Part shown: in pieces, positions 39,203 through 45,212 of the stretch | Position numbering within the stretch: the first letter of the stretch is position 1 | Layout of the letters: the number at the start of each line of letters is the position of its first letter | Assembly (NCBI GenBank): GCA_963757525.1 | Contig: CAVWRM010000001.1 | Span: 3,224,884-3,288,883, forward strand | Reading direction: 5' to 3' | Length of the DNA stretch: 64,000 nucleotides | Origin: an uncultured Gemmatimonadales bacterium | GTDB lineage: Bacteria > Gemmatimonadota > Gemmatimonadetes > Gemmatimonadales > GWC2-71-9 | Translations under genes and position numbers: made by a program | The notes under the pieces: generated by a model | Told to the model about the DNA's origin: nothing | What the model saw: the letters and a program-made list of their open reading frames with translations, nothing else | The model's database searches: none

Positions 39203-40225
39203 TCATCCCCCGCTTCGAGCTTCCTCGAGGCGGGGGTTTTCTTGATCGCCGGCCTGCCGGCCCACCCGCCACTTCACGAGCCATTCCGCCCTGAGCAATA
39301 CGAGCACCAGCGGAGGGATGAGGCCGAACCAGAGCACCACTATCCCGTTGTACCACATCTGATGAGCCAGCGTCTCGAAACCGGGGCCTCCCGTGAGGCG
39401 CAGCCCCTGCCAGCCGACCAGGGTAAACAGCATCAGCATCATCGCCTGCACCCGCGTTCTGGCCACCAGGATGGCGGGCAGGATATCGTAGAAGAGACCA
39501 TTGACCGGGATCAGCGCCAGCGCGAGCAGCAACCGAGCATCAGGATCGCGCCAGCGGAGGAGCGCCAGAAGCATCAGGAATCCTCCCGGGCGAAGTCCCA
39601 GCGGTCGGATGTGGGTCGCTTCCTGGAGCGCGTGACGCCACTCGAGCGGCCACCTGGGGTTGAACACGAGGCTCACCAGCACCAGCGCGAGCCCGCCCAC
39701 CACGATCACGAGCGCATCGCGCCTGGTGCGCGACCCGGCGAGCACCACGACTCCGAGATTTGGCTTCGCCGGGGCCAGCCAGCCGAGCGACGGCAGCAGA
39801 ATCGCCGCCGTCATAAGCGGCGCCCACTGAGTATTGCGGAGGCCGATGAGAAAGGGCGCGCCCAGGAAGACGGCCCACAGCTCCGGCCGCTTTTTTCCGA
39901 TCGCGTAGCCGAACAGGCCGGCCGTGGCCACCGCCCAAGTGAAGCGGGCGACCTCGAGCGGCAGCATGGCAAACGGGAGCAAGACCACCGCGGCGGTCAG
40001 CGGGTAGTACAACAGGAAGCCGAATCCATTGGCGGGCCCCACCGTCACATAGGGATCTTCTCCGGCCAGAAGGCTCCGGGCGGCAAACCAGGATTGATCG
40101 ATGTCGGGGCCGGGTGAGCCGAGCGGGGTGTGGAGCACGTAGAGCACGACCATGATCGCGGCCAGTGCCGCGCCGATCACGGCGTAGAGAAGAGGGAGGC
40201 GGCGTCTCAATGCATCAGGAACCAT
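39203..40225 (-). CDS. Polytopic membrane protein, GT87/DUF2029-like glycosyltransferase
   Basis: About 10 hydrophobic segments. First loop 'DQSWFAARSLLAGEDPY' resembles the DUF2029 acidic-loop motif. Start set at ATG 40225, because the 40291 extension is antisense to a high-GC3 plus-strand ORF. Confidence 0.6.
   Translation of the reverse strand: MVPDALRRRLPLLYAVIGAALAAIMVVLYVLHTPLGSPGPDIDQSWFAARSLLAGEDPYVTVGPANGFGFLLYYPLTAAVVLLPFAMLPLEVARFTWAVATAGLFGYAIGKKRPELWAVFLGAPFLIGLRNTQWAPLMTAAILLPSLGWLAPAKPNLGVVVLAGSRTRRDALVIVVGGLALVLVSLVFNPRWPLEWRHALQEATHIRPLGLRPGGFLMLLALLRWRDPDARLLLALALIPVNGLFYDILPAILVARTRVQAMMLMLFTLVGWQGLRLTGGPGFETLAHQMWYNGIVVLWFGLIPPLVLVLLRAEWLVKWRVGRQAGDQENPRLEEARSGG
39207..39243 (+). 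terminator. Intrinsic terminator after tRNA-Gly
   Basis: CCCCCGCTTCGAG-CTTC-CTCGAGGCGGGGG, a 13-bp stem with one G-U pair, followed by TTTTCTT. It overlaps the last codons of the convergent minus-strand gene. Confidence 0.75.
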
Positions 40226-40466
40226 GAACCGCGGCTCGGATACCTTCGTCTGGGGAGTGCGCTGGGAGACGGTCGAGCGCCGGGATGACATTCCGCTCTA
40301 CGGCGCCCTCCTGCCCGAGATCTATCCCTCGCTCGGCGACGCGCAGCGAGCCCAGCACCGATTCGACCGGGAGCTCCCGCTCCGGGCCGACCCCGAAAGC
40401 GGCGGCGAGCCCCGGCGCGTCCGCTATGTGGTCTACGCCCGACAGCCCGACGCGCCGGACGGCTGA
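40224..40466 (+). CDS. Hypothetical small protein
   Basis: 80 codons with very high GC3 (counted by eye). No recognisable family. Its ATG shares a CATG with the divergent membrane-protein start. Confidence 0.5.
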   Translation: MNRGSDTFVWGVRWETVERRDDIPLYGALLPEIYPSLGDAQRAQHRFDRELPLRADPESGGEPRRVRYVVYARQPDAPDG

Positions 40467-40487
40467 CCCTTGGCCCGGGCTCTCGAA

Positions 40488-40868
40488 TCAGCTGCTGGCG
40501 GGAAAGCGGCCCGACTCGATGAGGATCTGCCGCACCCGATCGAGCAGCTCCTCGGGGCGAAACGGCTTGGCCAGGACGGGGCCCAGCGCCGCAGGCTCGC
40601 CGTAAGCGGAGATGAGGAGGACGGGAATCGCTGGAGTCAGAGCGGCAAGATAAGCAGCCAGGGCTCGGCCATCCATATTGGGCATCCGGATGTCGGAGAC
40701 GACCACGTCCACCGGCCCATGGTTCTCCGCCAGCGCGAGGGCCTGCAATCCGTCGCCGGCCTCCAGGATCTCGTAGTCGGCGTCGCCGAGGATCCGGCGC
40801 AGGTATCGCCGAACCATCGTTTCGTCGTCGACGACCATCACGCGGGCGCGCCGAGGGACCCGAGACAT
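40488..40868 (-). CDS. Single-domain CheY-like response regulator
   Basis: 'VMVVDDE', phospho-acceptor 'VVVSDIRMPNMDG', 'LLISAYG', 'LAKPF'. No output domain. The upstream part of ORF ..41288 was trimmed. Confidence 0.85.
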   Translation of the reverse strand: MSRVPRRARVMVVDDETMVRRYLRRILGDADYEILEAGDGLQALALAENHGPVDVVVSDIRMPNMDGRALAAYLAALTPAIPVLLISAYGEPAALGPVLAKPFRPEELLDRVRQILIESGRFPASS

Positions 40869-40973
40869 GGCGCGAATGTACGTTTCAACGGTGATCCCCG
40901 CCAATCGGGGTTGCATGGTCGGGCTCACTGCGCATGGTTCGGTGGACCTTCTACCGTGGGCCAGGGAGGAGCC

Positions 40974-41222
40974 GTGAGCGAGCAGAAACGACAGGGGCGA
41001 GCCAAGTCCGATACCGTCGATGATCTCGAGCGTCAGGCCGACGAGGTCCGCCGGCACGTCGCTGACCTGCAACACGAGGCCGAGAAGACCCTGGAGCGGG
41101 CCGAGGAGCTGGAGCAGAAAGGCCGAGAGCTCGACGCGGAGGACAAGGAGATCCGGCGTAAGGCGCACGAGCCGATGGGATTCCCGCCGCCGCCACCCAA
41201 GAAAGGGAAGGGCAAGGGGTAG
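40974..41222 (+). CDS. Hypothetical coiled-coil protein with a Pro/Lys/Gly tail
   Basis: The GTG is preceded by AGGGAGGAG (40963-40971). 'DDLERQADEVRRHVADLQHEAEKTLERAEELEQKGRELDAEDKEIRRK...PPPPPKKGKGKG'. Confidence 0.5.
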   Translation: MSEQKRQGRAKSDTVDDLERQADEVRRHVADLQHEAEKTLERAEELEQKGRELDAEDKEIRRKAHEPMGFPPPPPKKGKGKG

Positions 41223-41275
41223 CGGCCGGGCGCGGAGCCCCAGCAGGCGTACCTGGTGGCAGACCCGAGCAAGGG

Positions 41276-41304
41276 TTGCAAAAATCAAGAAATCTTGATA
41301 TAAT
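41276..41304 (+). promoter_or_regulatory. Sigma70-like promoter (TTGCAA-17 nt-TATAAT) with an embedded palindromic operator upstream of arsR
   Basis: TTGCAA 41276-41281 and TATAAT 41299-41304. Palindrome ATCAAGA-AA-TCTTGAT 41284-41299. The arsR ATG begins 7 nt after the -10. Confidence 0.65.
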
Positions 41305-41310
41305 TACACC

Positions 41311-41634
41311 ATGGCCATTCGAACCGATGCCGACCTCGCTCGTGCCGCCGAGTTGTTTCACGCCCTCTCGGACCAGACCAGGCTGTCGATTCTCCAGCGC
41401 CTTCGCCTGGGTGAACGCTGCGTCTGCGAGCTGACCGACGCGCTCGAGGCCGCCCAGTCCCGGCTCTCGTTTCACTTGAAGGTGCTCAAGGATGCCGGCC
41501 TGGTGACGGACCGGCGGGAAGGTCGGTGGATGTACTACACGCTATCCGCCGATGCCATGAACGAGCTGGGAGAATTGGTCGAGGGCCTGGGTTCCACGCC
41601 GACGGCGGCTGAGCGCCGGAGCGGCTGTTGCTGA
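41311..41634 (+). CDS. arsR: ArsR/SmtB-family metalloregulator
   Basis: 'LFHALSDQTRLSILQRL', metal site 'ERCVCELTDAL', winged-helix 'HLKVLKDAGLV..RREGRWMYY', C-terminal 'GCC'. Confidence 0.88.
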   Translation: MAIRTDADLARAAELFHALSDQTRLSILQRLRLGERCVCELTDALEAAQSRLSFHLKVLKDAGLVTDRREGRWMYYTLSADAMNELGELVEGLGSTPTAAERRSGCC

Positions 41635-41660
41635 GGTCAACCTGTTTTTTTGACTGACAT

Positions 41661-41676
41661 ATCAACCTTTTTTGAT
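41661..41676 (+). promoter_or_regulatory. Second ATCAA-N6-TTGAT site between arsR and arsM
   Basis: ATCAA (41661-65) CCTTTT TTGAT (41672-76). The half-sites and spacing are the same as in the arsR promoter palindrome. Confidence 0.45.
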
Positions 41677-41686
41677 GAGGGTCAGA

Positions 41687-42514
41687 ATGAGCAGCCAGGA
41701 TATCAAGACCATCGTGCGGGAGCGGTACGGCCAAGCGGCGCTCCGGGCCTCGAGCGGGGCCACATCCGGATGTTGTGGCGGATCGTGCGGCGCCGCGACC
41801 GACGACCCGATCACCTCGAATCTGTACACTCAGGCGGAGACCGCGCTCGTTCCGGCCGAGGCGGTGTTCGCCTCGCTCGGCTGCGGCAACCCGACGGCCC
41901 TCGCCGAGCTCCGCCCGGGCGAGGTTGTTCTCGACCTCGGCTCCGGCGGCGGTATCGACGTGCTCCTCTCGGCGCGGCGCGTCGGACCCACCGGCAAGGC
42001 GTACGGCCTCGACATGACCGACGAGATGCTTGCCCTCGCGCGCGACAATCAGCGGAAGGCCGGACTCGCGAATGTCGAGTTTCTGAAGGGCGACATCGAA
42101 GCGATCCCGCTCCCGGACGCTTCCGTGGACGTGATCATCTCCAACTGCGTGATCAATCTCTCCGCCGACAAGCGAAAGGTGATTGCCGAGGCCTTCCGGG
42201 TGCTTGCACCAGGCGGCCGGCTCGCCGTCTCCGACGTGGTGGTCCGCGGCCACGTTCCCGCCGAGGTCCGTTCCAGCATGGAGCTGTGGGTCGGCTGCAT
42301 CGCGGGCGCACTCGCCGAGGAGGAGTTCCGGGCGCTTCTCCGGGAGACAGGGTTCGACGACATCTCCATCGAGCCCACTCGCATCTACGAGTTGGACGAC
42401 GCCCGGGCATTCCTCTCCGCCTCGGGACTGGATAGCGAGGTACTGGCGCGGGAGGTCGGCGGCTGCGTCATGGGTGCGTTCGTTCGGGCGCGGAAACCCG
42501 GACCGGCTTCGTGA
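41687..42514 (+). CDS. arsM: Arsenite S-adenosylmethionine methyltransferase
   Basis: 'VRERYG', Cys cluster 'GCCGGSCG', 'LGCGNP', SAM motif '[12 protein letters not shown]', '[10 protein letters not shown]'. ATG 41687 with GAGGG upstream. Confidence 0.85.
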   Translation: MSSQDIKTIVRERYGQAALRASSGATSGCCGGSCGAATDDPITSNLYTQAETALVPAEAVFASLGCGNPTALAELRPGEVVLDLGSGGGIDVLLSARRVGPTGKAYGLDMTDEMLALARDNQRKAGLANVEFLKGDIEAIPLPDASVDVIISNCVINLSADKRKVIAEAFRVLAPGGRLAVSDVVVRGHVPAEVRSSMELWVGCIAGALAEEEFRALLRETGFDDISIEPTRIYELDDARAFLSASGLDSEVLAREVGGCVMGAFVRARKPGPAS

Positions 42515-43488
42515 TCGTGCCGGGAAGGGCGCCAGGGAAGTTCACGATCCGCCAGGCGACGAGGGACGACTACGCGGCGGTCGAGCGCCTGCTCAACGCC
42601 GCCTCCCTGCCGGTCGAGGGACTGGACCCGACACTCGATGACTTCTTCGTGGCGGAACAGGCGGACCAGCAGGTGGTGGGAACCATCGGTCTGGAGCCGT
42701 ATGGCGAGGCAGCCCTCCTGCGGTCCGCCGCCGTCGCGCCGGCCGCGCAAGGCGTGGGCGTCGGCGAGGCACTGGTCAACCGGCTCTCGGATCATGCGCG
42801 GACGCGCGGGATCCGGGAGCTGTACCTCCTCACGACCACGGCGCTCGGCTACTTCACCCGATTCGGCTTCATGCGGATCGATCGCGCCGATGTGCCGCCG
42901 GCGGTTCGGGAGTCGGTCGAGTTCCGCGAGTCCTGTCCTGCTTCGGCGGCGGCGATGCGGAAGCCGTTGTCGTCCCCCCGGGTGCTCTTTCTCTGCACCG
43001 GGAACAGCGCGAGGAGCCGGATGGCGGAAACGATCCTGAATCGCAAGGCCGGGGGACGCTTCGTCGCGGAGAGCGCGGGATCCCGGCCGGCCGCGCGGGT
43101 GAATCCGCACGCCATCGCGGCCCTGGAACGCCACGGGTATTCGTGGACCGGGGGCCCGCCTCGGTCCGTGGATCGTGTACTGGGCGGCCAGTGGGACTTC
43201 GTGATCACGGTGTGCGACCGGGCCAAGGAATCATGTCCTGTTTTTCCCGGCCAGCCGGTGCAAGCGCACTGGGGCATGCCTGACCCGGCCGAGGTTGAGG
43301 GAACGGACCAGGAGATTCGCCGGGCGTTCGATGACGCCCTGATCGCGATCAGCCGCCGGCTCGATCTGTTTTTGGCCCTGCCCCTCGAAAAGCTGTCGGC
43401 AATGGCGCTGGCAAGCCGCGTCCAGGCCATCGGTCATCTCCCCACGTCGCCGGCTGAGGACGCAATCAGTCTGAATCACGGCGGGTGA
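42511..43488 (+). CDS. arsC: Fusion of a GNAT N-acetyltransferase (ArsN-like) and an LMW-PTP-type (thioredoxin-coupled) arsenate reductase
   Basis: GNAT 'VAPAAQGVGVGEAL' and 'GYFTRFGF'. ArsC 'LFLCTGNSARSRMAE' (CX5R-S) and 'VITVCDRAKESCPVFPG'. GTGA overlap with arsM. Confidence 0.8.
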   Translation: MIVPGRAPGKFTIRQATRDDYAAVERLLNAASLPVEGLDPTLDDFFVAEQADQQVVGTIGLEPYGEAALLRSAAVAPAAQGVGVGEALVNRLSDHARTRGIRELYLLTTTALGYFTRFGFMRIDRADVPPAVRESVEFRESCPASAAAMRKPLSSPRVLFLCTGNSARSRMAETILNRKAGGRFVAESAGSRPAARVNPHAIAALERHGYSWTGGPPRSVDRVLGGQWDFVITVCDRAKESCPVFPGQPVQAHWGMPDPAEVEGTDQEIRRAFDDALIAISRRLDLFLALPLEKLSAMALASRVQAIGHLPTSPAEDAISLNHGG

Positions 43489-43999
43489 AGACCACCCGGG
43501 CGGGATTCCCCTGGACGATCGAACGGTCGGGGATGCGGCCGCCAACCACCGAGCCGGCCGCGACGATGACGTCATCGCCCAGCTCCGAGCCGTCGAGGAT
43601 CACGGAATTGGCCCCGACCCAGACCCGGTGGCCGATGCGTACACCCTGACTGGAGAAACGCTGAGCCTGAAGAGGAACTCCGAGCTGGTCGTAGTGATAG
43701 CTGGTGGTGAGGATGGTGCAGTTGGGACTGATGAGGACGTCGTCACCGAGCGTGAGGCCGCCGGGACCGGCGCCGATGAAGCTGTTGCTGCCGATCTGGA
43801 CTCCCCGGCCCATGGTGAATGGGCCGAAGATCTTCACCTTGGCAAAGGCCGAGATCACGCATCCAGGCCCCCAGGCGGTGGACGAGGCGAGGTCCACTTC
43901 CGACCGTCCGCTGATGACCGTTCCATGGCGGACGAAGTAGTACAGCCGCACCATGAACATCGGGACGAGGGCCCGCCGGACCGAATTCCAGAATGGCAT
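43466..43999 (-). CDS. Hexapeptide-repeat (LbH) acyl/acetyltransferase
   Basis: 'VQIGSNSFIGAG', 'IGHRVWVGANSVILDGSELGDDVIVAAGSVV.G.IP..SIVQGNPARV'. Its 3' end overlaps the arsN/arsC 3' end by 23 nt. Confidence 0.8.
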   Translation of the reverse strand: MPFWNSVRRALVPMFMVRLYYFVRHGTVISGRSEVDLASSTAWGPGCVISAFAKVKIFGPFTMGRGVQIGSNSFIGAGPGGLTLGDDVLISPNCTILTTSYHYDQLGVPLQAQRFSSQGVRIGHRVWVGANSVILDGSELGDDVIVAAGSVVGGRIPDRSIVQGNPARVVFTRRDSD

Positions 44000-44023
44000 C
44001 GTGCGTTGCCCGATGGTGATGGG

Positions 44024-44575
44024 CTAGCGGACCGCGGCGATCAGGAAGCGCGCGGCGGCCTGGCTCTGGTTATGCCACCGGCGGGAGTCGCCGGCGTGGA
44101 TGGTGGCCGTCTGCCCGGTCTCCAGAATGTGTTCGCCGCGGTCCGTCGTCAGGACCACGGTACCCTCCAAAATCAGGGCGAACTCCTCGGACGGCGCGGG
44201 GAAGGGGCGCGATCCGCTGCTTCCTCCGGGATCGAGCGTCACCAGAAGCGGCAGGATCCGGGCGCCAAGATTTTCCGCCGAGAGGTACGCGATGCGTGCC
44301 TTGGACCATTCGCTCCGAACGCCGCCCTCCGCCGCCGCCTCCGTCCGCCCGGCCGGTGCCTTCGATCCGTCGAGCTCGCGGAAGAACTCCGCGAGGGTCA
44401 GCCCGAAGGCGCCCGCGATACGCTCCATCGAGGCGATCGAGGGTGAGGCCTGATCATTCTCGACCTGGGATATGAAGCTGGCCGAAAAACCCGACTTCTC
44501 CGCGACAGCGCGCAGCGTGAGCCCGGTGGCTTCACGAAGCCGGCGGACCGTGCCGCCTAGCCTGAGCTCGGACAT
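44024..44575 (-). CDS. XRE-family HTH + cupin-domain protein
   Basis: HTH 'LRRLREATGLTLRAVAEKSGFSASFISQVENDQASPSI'. Cupin 'FALILEGTVVLTTD.GEHILETGQTATIHAGDSRRWHN'. Strong RBS GGGGGGAGAGGG upstream of the ATG. Confidence 0.8.
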   Translation of the reverse strand: MSELRLGGTVRRLREATGLTLRAVAEKSGFSASFISQVENDQASPSIASMERIAGAFGLTLAEFFRELDGSKAPAGRTEAAAEGGVRSEWSKARIAYLSAENLGARILPLLVTLDPGGSSGSRPFPAPSEEFALILEGTVVLTTDRGEHILETGQTATIHAGDSRRWHNQSQAAARFLIAAVR

Positions 44576-44961
44576 CCCTCTCCCCCCGCCAGCGCCACCG
44601 CCACCACCAGTCGTCCCATCAGTCGCCACGCGACCCGCGCTTCGGCCGGCCCGGCTGGCGCCGTCCATGCGGCGCGGCCAGCAGCCGGCCCCCCTCCCAT
44701 GCGCACGGCGAGCTCCGGCACGAGGGGGGCGCCCCGGCAGGCCTTGAAGACGGCTTCCCGGCAGCACAGCACGATCGTGAGGGCGCGCCGCAGCGACGGC
44801 TGCCCGTCGCACCACTCCCGTTCCGCGGGCGAGAGGAAACGGTCGGCGACCCGCCTCACGGCAACCTCGCCCAGCCGATTCAGCATGGCGGGCTCCTCGA
44901 TATCGATCCCGATACCGGCGATCCCGTCGCTCCCACGGCGCGTCGGGACGACGGCCGACAT
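44557..44961 (-). CDS. AcpS-type 4'-phosphopantetheinyl transferase
   Basis: 'IAGIGIDIEE', 'RFLSPAEREW', 'CCREAVFKAC'. About 134 aa. Overlaps the ACP stop by 1 nt and the XRE-cupin start by 19 nt. Confidence 0.72.
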   Translation of the reverse strand: MSAVVPTRRGSDGIAGIGIDIEEPAMLNRLGEVAVRRVADRFLSPAEREWCDGQPSLRRALTIVLCCREAVFKACRGAPLVPELAVRMGGGPAAGRAAWTAPAGPAEARVAWRLMGRLVVAVALAGGEGCPSSG

Positions 44962-45212
44962 CAGGCCGCGCCCTCCTGGCGATGCAGCCGCTCCACGATG
45001 CGATCGAAGGATGTGAGGGCGCGGATCTCCTCATTGGTGAGCGTCGTCCCGAACTCGTGCTCGATCTGCGACACCAGCATGAGATGAACGAGCGAGGTCC
45101 ACGCAGGCGCCGTATCCTGGGAAAACCCGGGGCCGATCGCGTCGGCCGGCGTCCCGGTGACCTGCGCGAGCAACTCGCGAACCCGGGCCGCGACGGCGTC
45201 GGCGCCGGTCAT
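44961..45212 (-). CDS. Acyl carrier protein (stand-alone)
   Basis: 83 aa. 'VRELLAQVTG.PADAIGP...APAWTSLVHLMLVSQIEHEFG..LTNEEI' fits the ACP helix II pattern with the Ser in 'WTSL'. ATGA overlap with the FkbH-like stop. Confidence 0.7.
   Translation of the reverse strand: MTGADAVAARVRELLAQVTGTPADAIGPGFSQDTAPAWTSLVHLMLVSQIEHEFGTTLTNEEIRALTSFDRIVERLHRQEGAA

Noticed and set aside
40869-41288. N-terminal extension of the response-regulator ORF (40488..41288)
   Set aside because: The receiver domain begins at 'MSRVPRRARVMVVDDE' (40868). The extension is antisense to the SD-driven plus-strand small ORF and has no domain.
41650-41678. An independent sigma70 promoter for arsM (TTGACT at 41650)
   Set aside because: A good -35 hexamer is present, but the positions 16-18 nt downstream read TTGATG, TGATGA or GATGAG, none of which is a convincing -10. 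I reported only the operator-like site.
44576-45034. N-terminal ~150 aa of the 336-aa ORF 44024..45034
   Set aside because: This part overlaps the PPTase and ACP genes in another frame and is Arg/Ala/Gly junk. The HTH-cupin protein starts at ATG 44575, which has a strong RBS.
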